In this document: positions 53,401-64,000 of the stretch, in pieces
Numbering within the stretch: position 1 is the stretch's first letter
How the letters are laid out: each line of letters starts with the position of its first letter
Assembly (NCBI RefSeq): GCF_006345805.1
Contig: NC_043010.1
Location: 23,002,001 to 23,066,000 of the forward strand
Direction: 5' to 3'
From: Octopus sinensis
Taxonomy: Eukaryota
Length of the DNA stretch: 64,000 nt
Program-made: the position numbers and the translations under genes
Notes under the pieces: model-generated
The model's database searches: none
Seen by the model: the letters and a program-made list of their open reading frames with translations, nothing else
Told to the model about the DNA's origin: nothing

Positions 53401-54722
53401 GTGTTTTATATCTATTGTTCAAATTTCTTTGAAATAGGAAATATATGAATGTTCACCGGGTTTGTGAAAGTGAGCAAAGCTAGAGGAAGCTAAAAGACGA
53501 ATGATTACAAAAAGCAGTCAGCTACCCTAGTCGTTACCACTCCCCAATGTAGGATTCCTCACCATGCAGGTGACGGGCACAGCCGTAAGATGCATTACGG
53601 ATCTATAGCAATTGGAAGTGCGTGACCCAACACAAATAAACATTAACAACTGTATGACATGAGGGCTAAGGGGAAATGAAAGAGTCACCTCTGGAGTTTG
53701 GCAATGCCGATAGGTAACCGAACAGAATAAATTTGCAATCTATAAATCTCTTTGAATGACCAATCACTTATCTGGAAAGGCCTTGAAATCAATGTTACCA
53801 TCTGGGGACTATCTCTGGCCCAGTGATAATAAAAAGACTCAAAAGAAGTCTGCAACCAAATAACTTTACCCAAAATAACTCTTTGCAGCTGAATCAGTGG
53901 GGGCTAAGATGCCTCTCCTTCACTTGACAATTTATGCACCGCATTGCAGAAATCAGAGTCTAAGTATATCTCAAAACAAACTCTTACACTGTTGTACTAT
54001 TGAATTACAAATAATGCTCATCTTGTATCCTCGGGTGACTTTACAGCTTTCAAGACTACAATTGTTGTATTCGTCTTGGCTTAGGAAAAATGACTAAATT
54101 GTTGGGGGTTAAGCCCCCACTAAAGGGTCTTACGAACCTCCTAAGAAGTTGAAATTTTAGGAATATTACTTCATTTGTGTCTAATATCTATGGCTAAAAT
54201 TTCATCAACAGCAAAATTATATGAATTTTCATGGAGGCTATGGCCTCATTTATGCCCCTTCACTTTCAAACTTATATAGAGCATTACTCTGTACATATGC
54301 ATAGAATATAATTTCTAAATTTCATAAAAATCTATTTAGTAATTTTGATCTAGGTTTGGATCATTAAAAATTCCTAAAATTTACATATATATTTATATAC
54401 ATAGATGTATATGTATAGATGTATATGTATACATTTATATGTATAGATGTATATATATATAGATTGATATTTATATATATATATGTATATCTATGTATAT
54501 GTATATATATATATATATGCATAAATATATGTATGCATGTATATATGTACATATATATTTGTGTATATATTACATATACATCTATATATACATATATATG
54601 CACATGTATACATGCATGCATATATCTATACATATATATTCATATATATATATACACATATATATACATGCATATATACATATATATATATGCATAATAT
54701 ATACATATAGGTATATATATAT

Positions 54723-54802
<80 letters not shown>

Positions 54803-54815
54803 CCTTTATTCTTTT

Positions 54816-54995
54816 CCTTTTTATTTGTTTCAGTCATTTGACTGCGGACATGTTGGAGCATCGAGAAAATCGATTCCAGGACTTATTATTTGTAAGCTTT
54901 GTACTTTTTCTATTGGTCTTTTTGCCGAACCACTAAGTTACGGGGACGTAAACACACCAGCATCATTTGTCAAACACCAACAGATATATAAATAT

Positions 54996-55048
<53 letters not shown>

Positions 55049-55150
55049 TACATACATATATACGACAGGCTTTTTTCAGTTTCCGTCTACCAAATCCACT
55101 CACAAGGCTTTGGTCGGCCCGAGGCTGTAGTAGAAGGCACTTACCGAAAT
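54816..55150 (-). mobile_element. SINE family A, reverse copy
   Basis: Tail, (CA)n and head pieces in reverse orientation. Confidence 0.8.
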
Positions 55151-56465
55151 GTCGGGGAAATTGTTTTGGCCCATGACACTGCATGGACCATAAGTAAGGC
55201 ATGTGTAAAATTTTTTTAATTAATAAGAACTTATCAATAAATTAAATTCTGGACGCTTGTAATTTACATTAGCCATGAACACCATTGTAGCCTGGGATTG
55301 GACAGGGAAAAGGTTAATGAAAGAGTAGCTGGATGAATTGCTTAATTTTGTTTGGTGGTGCTCGTAGGGAAGAAGGTCCCGTCCATGCGGCATCTGAGTC
55401 TACGAATGTTTATAGATAACCTGGTAGGTCTGCAGGCCCGCATTAATGAAGAAGTCAAAAATAACTGGCGTTTCGCTAATTGTAAGCAGATGTCACTTTT
55501 GTACATCACAATAATGGGTTGTAGAAATGCTGATGGTACAAACCAACGTTGTGCTGCCTGGTTCTACTTCCTACAAGTACTAAGTGAAACGTCCAAACCT
55601 AAGATTGGTAACAAATGATACAAAAACAATAGCAAGAACGAGAGTAAACATGGCGTCCTAAACATTGGCTACATGCCGAGCAGTTTCCTTATACTATTAC
55701 ACTAGATCGTGTGTGTGTGTGTGTGTGTGTTCGCGCACAGAGAGGGTGTGTGTAAAAGTATATTTGCGAGCGTTGTAGTTAGAAAAGTGATACAGTTTAC
55801 TTGAAGTATTATGGAGTATGTAGAATATCGAAAGTTCCAAAAGGCGATAGCATTGTAGATAGAACAATAAATATAAGAATAAGGAACGAAACAGAGAGAG
55901 AGACAGACAGACAGGCAGACAGAGACAGAGACAAAGAGAAATAGTGAGAGAGAAAGAGAGAGGGAGGCGGGGAGGAAGAGAAAGAGAGAGAGGCGAAGAT
56001 AGAGAAAAATTACGAATCCATTTCCTTCTTTAAAGCTTTGAAAAAGAGTTTTTTAACTCGAATTATTTGAACTAATTAACTATTTCTAAAGCAGTATTTG
56101 AATGCCTTTGTATTGTTATACGATTTTTAATTATATCCTAATGTTCAAGTTACATTACTATCGCCTTCCTTAACTCAGCGATTTCAACACAACACACACA
56201 CACTTATATACACACACACATGTATCGTCTATTATACATAATATATATATATATATAATATACATATATTCTATTATATATTATAAATTCATATATATTG
56301 ATATATATTCTGTTATGAATTATGTGGGGGGGGGGGGTGTATCCTATACGCTTTCTCTAACTTATCACCAGATCTGAAATATTTGTGCATATCTGACATA
56401 TTTCATGCACCACAGTGAAAGCTGATCACGTGTAAAATGCGTATGTTATAATAATATGCTTATAT

Positions 56466-56820
56466 TGGCGCAGGCGAGGCTGTGTGGTAAGAAGCTTGCT
56501 TTCCGATCATATAGTTCGGGGTTCAGTCTCGCTGCGTGCCACCTTGAGCAAGTGTGTTCTGCTATAGCCACGGACCGACCAAATCTTTGTGAGTAGATTT
56601 GGAAGACGGAAACTGAAAGAAGCCAGTCTAGTGTATGTATTCTGTATATATTCTTTTATTCTTTTACTTGCTTCAGTCATTTGACTGCGGCCATGCTGGT
56701 GCACCTCTTTTAGTCGAACGAATAGCCGTCTTGGACTTATTCTTTCAAAGCTTACGGGGACGTAAATAAACCAACATCGGTTGTGAAGCAAGGTGGGTGG
56801 GACAAACATAGAAACACACA
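56466..56820. mobile_element. SINE family A head (+) followed by tail (-)
   Basis: GGCGCAGGCGAGGCTGTGTGGTAAG..GGAAACTGAAAGAAGCC, then CAGTCATTTGACTGCGGCCATGCTGG. Confidence 0.7.
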
Positions 56821-56833
56821 AATATATCTACAC

Positions 56834-56883
<50 letters not shown>

Positions 56884-56967
56884 TAATCCAAACGGGAACA
56901 CAAAAAAACAACAATGGAACAATTACAGTATTATTATTAATAGGCGCTCAGAAAAGGAAGCAGGGAG

Positions 56968-57005
56968 GTATGACGTTTCGAGCGGAGCTCTTCGTCGGAA
57001 ACATA
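56968..57005 (-). ncRNA. Minimal PLE-type hammerhead variant (core altered)
   Basis: Minus strand TTT-CCGACGA-AGAGC-TCC-GCTC-GAAACGTC. Confidence 0.5.
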
Positions 57006-57559
57006 AAGAAGGAAGAGAAGAGAAAGAAAGATCCCAGAGCGGGCAACAGGGAAAAGAGAAAAAAGACGACTGGTGTTTACGAGTTGCACATGGTGAAAGG
57101 CGGATGTTTACGAAAACAGAGCAAAGTGGGTTTTTAAAGGCAAAAGAGTGGAGACAAGTGGAGACAAGTAGTAAGAAAAAGAAGGAAGGAGGAAGGGAGG
57201 GAGGGGAAGGGTGGGGGCGGTTGCGTGCCAGCGTGTGTTGTTAGTAGTGTGTGTGTGTGTCCAGTGTCGTGGTGGTATAAATGGCGAGTAGATTGAATGT
57301 GTGTAAGAGTAATGTATATATTAAAAGGCAATGTGTGTATATGTGTGCGCGTGTGTGTAACGAAAAAGGGGGGGGGGTTAAGGAAAAAGGACTCCAGCTG
57401 AGGGGAAGATGGAAGAGTGGTCCCGCGGAGGCGGGCGTGGGAAAACCCAACGACACGCGACGGTCCCAGGAACGGGCGGGAGGTCTTGTCGGTTCCAAGA
57501 GCGAGGTGCCTGCGGAGCGTATGCGTACGCGAACCGGCGCAAGCGCGTGCGTGCGCGAG

Positions 57560-58890
57560 CCTGCGAGTATGTGCGTAAGTATGTATGTGTGTGGATGTGT
57601 GAGTGTGTGTGTGTGTATGTATGTGTGAGTGTGTATGTATGTGTGTGTAGGATGCATGTATGTGTATGGGTGTATGTATGCGTGTGTGTATGTATGTATG
57701 TGTACGTGCGTGTGTGTGTGTGTGTATGCGTGTAGGTGTGCGCGTGTGCATGCATGCATGCATGCATGTGCGTATGTGTGTGTGTGTGTGCATGTGTGTG
57801 GGTATATATGTATGTGCGTATATGTGTGTGTGTGTGCGTACATGTGTGTGTGTGTGTATGCATGTGTGTGTATGTAGGTGTGTAGGCGTGTGTGTATAGG
57901 TGTATGTATGTAAGTATGTATGGGTGTGTCCGTGTATGTGTGTGTATGTATGTGTGTGTATGTAGGTGTGTGGGCGTGTGTATATGTGTGGTGTATGTAG
58001 GTGTGTGGTGGGCGTGTGTATATAAGGTGTATGTGTGTATGTCTGGGTGTGTCCGTGCAGTGTTGTGTGTGTGTGTGTACGTGTGTAATGTATGTGTGAT
58101 GCGTGTGTATGCGTGCGTGTGTGTATGTAGGTGCGTGTGTATGTGTGTGGGAGTGTAGGTGTGTGTGTGCGTGTGCGTGCGTGTTTATTTTGGTGTGTGC
58201 GTATGTGATTGTGAGTGTATGGGTGTTGTCATGCATGTGTGTGCGCGTGCAGGTGAGTGTGTGTGTAAGTATGTGTGTGTGTATGTTTGTGTGAGTGTGT
58301 ATGTGTGTATGTCGTGTGTATGTATGTGCGTATAGGAGTATGTGGGTATGTGTGTGTGTATGTATATGGGTGTATGTATGTATGTGTGTGTGTGTGCATG
58401 TGTATAAGTATATGTGTGTGTTCGTATGTGTGTATATGTGTATGTGTGTGTGTTTATGTATGTGTGTATGTATGTGTGTAGGCGTGTGTGTGTAGCTGTA
58501 TGTATGTATGGGTGTGTCCGTGTGTGTTTGTGTGTGTGTGTAGGTAGATGTGTGTGTCTGAGTGAGGGTATGGCTGTGTAGGTTGTGTGTGTATGAATGT
58601 AAGTGTGTGTGTATACAAGTGTAATGTATGTATGTAGGTGTGTGTGTGTGTGTATGTGTACGTGTGCGTGTGTATGTGTGTGTGTGTATGCGTGTGAGTG
58701 TGAGTGTATGGGTGTATGTCTGTGTGTGTGTATGTCTGAAGTAGGTATGTATGTGTATGTATGTATGTGTGTGTGTGTGTGTGCAGGTATGTGTGTGTAT
58801 GTGTGTGTGTGAGTAGGTGTGCGTGTATGTATGTGGGTAGGGATGCATGCGAGTGTGTGGGTATGTATGCATACATACGCACGCGCACAT
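57560..58890. repeat. ~1.3-kb degenerate (GT)/(GTAT)/(GC) compound microsatellite
   Basis: Directly visible; source of the spurious 556-aa His/Thr ORF. Confidence 0.9.
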
Positions 58891-58902
58891 CCGAAGCAAG
58901 CC

Positions 58903-58938
<36 letters not shown>

Positions 58939-58939
58939 C

Positions 58940-59300
58940 CACAGGCTTCTTTCAAATTAGACCTCTACCAAATCAACTGGCATGGCTTTGGTATTTCCGA
59001 AGTTATAGTAGAAGATGCCACTCAGTGGGACTGAACCCGGAACTATGTGACTGGGAAGCAAGCTTCTTACCATACAGCCACGTCTGGTGTGTGCTTTCGT
59101 GTCTTTGTTTATCCAACACCACTTAAGAACCGGCGATGGTGTGATGACGTCCCCATAACCTAATAGCTTCTCAAAAGACACGGATAGAATTTGTACCAGA
59201 TTGTAAACAATGTACTGGGGCCGATTGATTCGGATAAAGGTTCCCGAAGGCGGTGCCCCATCATGGCCGTAGTCTACTGGCAGAATCAAGTAAAAGATTG
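58940..59300. mobile_element. SINE family A head (-) and tail (+)
   Basis: CAGTGGGACTGAACCCGGAACTATGTG and CATGGCCGTAGTCTACTGGCAGAATCAAGTAAAAG. Confidence 0.7.
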
Positions 59301-59985
59301 GAGATAACAGATTCTCCAACTTTCGCTTCCCTAGCATCTCATGCTGCCAAATATGCTATTGAAGTTACCAGCGTATCTGAATTATTTGTGCATATCTTAC
59401 ATAATTCATGCGCTAATTGGAAAGCTCATCACGTTTGAAATGCTTATGTCGCAATAATAGGCTTACATAAACTGCGCAAGCGTTATAGATATATAGATTG
59501 TAGTTAATGGTTTCTGAGGTAATGAACATTCAAGTTTAACGTCGTTTTATTCAGAGGACACAGAGTATATATATACGATATGCTGAGATGATATCTACCG
59601 TAGGATATAGGAACAGCATAGCCGAACGGTTAAGAGCGTTTGTTTCGCATTCCTGATGTCTCAGGTTCGATCTCAATCAGTGGGTATTTTTTCTTATTTA
59701 TCTTTTACTTAAGTCAGTCGTTTGACTGCGGCGATGCTGGAGGTCAGTCTTGAAGAATATTCACTGAATGAATCGACCCCCTGTAATCATTTTTTTGAAA
59801 GCCTGGTACTCACGGTATCTTTTGCTGAACTGAGACAAGAAATTTAAACACACCAACACAGGTTGTCAAGCGGTAAAAGGGGGAGACACACAGACACAAA
59901 GACACCCACCTATATATATATATATATAATACTAGGGACTATATAATTATATTTATGATATGTGACAAATTAGTCGGTTGCCATT

Positions 59986-60044
59986 ATAAAACTTCGAGTT
60001 TCGGATGTCGGGGCGGAAGACTGCTCCGACATCTCGTCAGTTAT
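59986..60044 (-). ncRNA. Type I hammerhead ribozyme, intact core
   Basis: Minus strand ATAA-CTGACGA-GATGTCGG..CCGACATC-C-GAAACT-CGA-AGTT-TTAT; partial inverted copy at ~60156-60201. Confidence 0.75.
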
Positions 60045-60266
60045 TAAGACAAAACAAATATGCTATAAAAATGACCGTTAAATGAAGGGAAATTACCCAA
60101 ATAGAGAGAAAGTAAAAATACTCGAAGAAGGTAAACCCACACTCATAGAATTCTCGACATACGAAACTCGGAATTTTATTATGGCAACCGACTAATTTGT
60201 CATATTCTATTAGATAAATTCCTCTATTTACATAATATCGAGGTCTCTTTCATTCTTTTGTTGCCA

Positions 60267-60333
<67 letters not shown>

Positions 60334-60366
60334 TTATATTATTATTATTAATTATTATTATCATTA

Positions 60367-60398
<32 letters not shown>

Positions 60399-60771
60399 TA
60401 TATATGAGGGGCTTCTTTCAGTTTCCGTTTATCAAATGCACTCATCCCTTCACAAGGCTTTGGTAAACTCGAAGCTAAAGTAGGAGGTACTTAGCCAACA
60501 ATAGTTCCGGGTCGAAACTGTGAGCGAAGTTTTGTTGACAGAAACTGTGTGGAAGCCTGCTGGACTCGGTTGTGTCTGTAACTCGGAAGGTGCAACCTTA
60601 TCTCAAATATAGGAATAAGCAATCTGCATCCCAGATGCTCATCAATCGAAACTGAGCGGAGAATCAAGCCTCTGTGCGGGTGTGTGTGTGTTTGAGTGTG
60701 TGTGTGTGAGTGTGTGCATGTGTGTGTACGTGTGTGTGTGTGTATATGTGTGTGTGGGGGGGTACGTGTGT

Positions 60772-60818
<47 letters not shown>

Positions 60819-61067
60819 TGTGTGTGTGTGTGTGTCTGTGTGTGTCTGTGTCTGTGTGTGTATTCTCATCTGTTTTTAATTATCTAAATTCTTCGTTTGG
60901 GGAAGGAGTTGGTTCCTAATAAAGTTCAACAGCTTCATCGATGGAATGTAAATGCATGCATGTATCTATGTATGAATGGTTGGATGGATGGATGGATGGA
61001 TGGATGCGTGTATCTATTTATCTATCTATCCACCCATCTCTCTTTCTTTGTGCCTTCCCACCCACCA

Positions 61068-61392
<325 letters not shown>

Positions 61393-62158
61393 TATATCTT
61401 TGTATTTACCACTAGCACACAAAATAGCGCCATCTCTAACGCCACCACCACCATTACCACAACCAACACACACATACGCACAAACGTGCACTACTACCAG
61501 CAATACCGTCCAAACCCGTATCATCTCCAGCACCACTACCATCACCAGCTCCACCACGAATCCCACCACCGGCAACATCACCAATCATAACCGCCACCAC
61601 CACCACTACCATCATCACCACCACCACCGTCATCATGATCATCACCAACATCATCATCGCTACCATCACCATTTGTCGTCGTCGTCGTTTTCGCTATCAT
61701 TCACATCATCGCCGTTTTTGTCCTAGTCCACTTTTAATCGGCATCACCGTCGTCATCATTATCATCATCTCCATCAGCTGCAGTGGGGTGATAACAGCGT
61801 CACAATTCTTCTCTTCTTCTTCTCTTCTTCTTCTTCTTCTTCTTCTTCTTCTTCTTCTCTTCTTCTTCTTCTTTTTCGCCTCCTCCTCCTTCTTTTTCTT
61901 CTTCGCCTCCTCCTCCTTCTTCTTTTTCTTCTTCTCCTCCTCCTCCTCCCCGTTCTTCAACATCACGGGTGGAAACAGAAGAAATTGTCAGCGTTACACG
62001 AGACCGTCCTCCACCCCACCCCCGCCGAGAGAAATTATGTAAATGTTGGCAGAAAATGAAGGAAGTGCGCTAAGCTAGATAGGAAAGCTTCACATTTGCT
62101 CCATCAACATCAGCTGGAGATAACAACGACAATAACAACAAGCATTACCACCACCACC

Positions 62159-62190
<32 letters not shown>

Positions 62191-62627
62191 TAATAATAAT
62201 AATATCAACAACAACAACAACAACAATAAACCCAGAAAGCACGGAAGACAACCACAAAAGCTCCGAAAAGAAGCAAATTGAGATGGAAAAAACCAGACGT
62301 ATAAAATATACAAAATTCACCATAAATTTCTGTCATGTGAAGATATTGATTTCTGTTTCTGAGACGTTTTGGTTAAATTGTGAGGGTAAGAGATAATAAG
62401 CACTGGAACCGAACCTTTATATGTGGCTACTAATTATTTCTTTGATCGACACACCACCACCACCAACACCACCACCATCACTAGCAGCAGCAGTAGCAAC
62501 AGCCCGATCGCCATGTGTAGCAGTGTTTAGAGCCATCTGTCACCATGTTAGAGACAAAATTGTCACAATGTCGACCCCGATCCGTCCGTGATTGAATTAA
62601 AGAAAAAAAAGAAAAAAAGAAATTGGT

Positions 62628-62792
62628 TATAGGCGCAGACGTGGCTGTCTGGTAAAAAACTTGCTTCCCAACCGCATGATCCAGTGTTCTGACACACTAT
62701 GTGACACATTTGCTAACCGTCTTCTGCTATATGCTCGGACTGACAACAGCTTCGTGAATGAGTTGGGTAGACAGAAACCATAAGAAGCCCGT
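62628..62792 (+). mobile_element. SINE family A head
   Basis: GGCGCAGACGTGGCTGTCTGGTAA..GACAGAAACCATAAGAAGCCCG. Confidence 0.7.
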
Positions 62793-63009
62793 TGTGTTCG
62801 ATTAGTATTTGCCAGGGAGGTCATCGCTCCCATCTCTAACATTTCGTGATACAAACATACCCGGGTTTCTGGATGGTCACCTATCTTCAGTGTGTGTTAA
62901 TCGATGGCTAGTGATGAAGAACTCATTCCACTCTCAAAAGATGCTATCCTCTTTCTAGCCACACACTCGCGCTGATCTCGTGAAGAGAAAGAGAAATTAT
63001 ATTAAATCA

Positions 63010-63093
<84 letters not shown>

Positions 63094-63095
63094 CT

Positions 63096-63167
<72 letters not shown>

Positions 63168-63377
63168 CTATATATAACATATATATACATACATATATAT
63201 AAACATATACATATATATATAGCAGATACACACACACACACAAACACACACATATATATATATATACATACATAAATACACACATATATATAGAGTTGGA
63301 ATTTACAAACAAACGACGAAGATGGGTGTGTAAACAACAAACAGATATATTTGTTAACACTCGGGAAGTGAGACAGT

Positions 63378-63413
63378 CTTTTACGTTTCGAGCCTACACT
63401 CTTCAACAGAAAG
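63378..63413 (-). ncRNA. Minimal PLE-type hammerhead variant (CUGUUGA core)
   Basis: Minus strand CTTT-CTGTTGA-AGAGT-GTAG-GCTC-GAAACGTA-AAAG; stem I CTTT/AAAG. Confidence 0.55.
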
Positions 63414-64000
63414 GAACACAAAAATAAGCAGGGAGGGAAAATAGAAAAAGGTTTAGTGGCTAACGATCTATCATGGCAAATGCCGGACAGAGGGATCACA
63501 CAGGAGAGTTAGGAAGAAGGGGATATAATAAAGTAGTGGTGATCCCAAAATGAAGGTGCGCGTGCGTGTGTATGTGAGAGCGTCTGTAAGAGGGCTGGTG
63601 ACATTGACGTGTGCGTGTGTGCATGTATAGGTGTGTGGATGATGGCGTAGGTGCTGGAAAGTAGCCAGTGCTAGTGTGTGCGCTAGTGTGGGTACTGTGA
63701 AGTGGTCAGTGCCAGTGTGTGGGGGGTATGGTGGTGTGTGGTGAGATGGTATATGGTGTCTGGGGTGGTGTGGTGTAGTGTTGTTGCGGTGTGGGTGAGG
63801 CGAGAGTGGGGGAAGCAAGGGTCGGAGTCTAAGATTTGGGGTGGAGGTCTAAGCGTTGGGGAGGGGGCAGGATGGGATGTATAGGGATGGTGAGGTTGGA
63901 ATGTGTAGGGGTGGGGTAACGATGGAGGGTGATGATGAAGGGAGAGGGTGGAAGTGAGAAGGTAGGTAGGAGTGATGAGAAGAAGTAGGTGCCAGAGCAA

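Noticed and set aside
57241-58911. 556-aa His/Thr-rich ORF
   Set aside because: It arises from a degenerate CA-repeat strand that lacks stop codons; overlapping frames are also open.
59617-59685. tRNA-like sequence (TAGCCGAACGGTTAAG..GGTTCGATCTC)
   Set aside because: The cloverleaf is incomplete; most likely a decayed SINE head.
61440-62230. His/Thr-rich and Lys/Glu/Arg-rich ORFs
   Set aside because: Low-complexity CAC/CAT/CTT/AAT tracts; no evidence of a gene.

Overview
This is AT-rich, microsatellite-saturated eukaryotic DNA. The SINE families and repeat landscape look like an octopus (coleoid cephalopod) genome; this is inferred from pattern recognition, not a database match. No intact host protein-coding gene, rRNA, true tRNA gene or CRISPR array is supported. 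Most ORF-track entries are translations of (TA)n, (CA)n, (TATG)n or (TAA)n repeats. The window is a transposon graveyard. It holds three abundant tRNA-type SINE families, CR1-group, Tx1, RTE and R4/Dong LINE fragments, and Penelope-like elements (PLE) with GIY-YIG remnants, inverted ends and hammerhead ribozymes. It also holds mariner, hAT-MITE, Helitron and Chapaev3-like DNA transposon remnants. The highlight is a near full-length HERO-type restriction-like-endonuclease (REL) non-LTR retrotransposon (14509-18273) with three unusual non-coding features. First, its 5' leader has five ~20-nt hairpins with identical G-GAAAGA-C loops and sequence-variable but self-complementary stems. Second, its 3' UTR has a complete hammerhead catalytic core in a non-circularly permuted, pseudoknotted strand order. 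Third, a 27-bp direct repeat at both ends looks element-derived rather than a target-site duplication.
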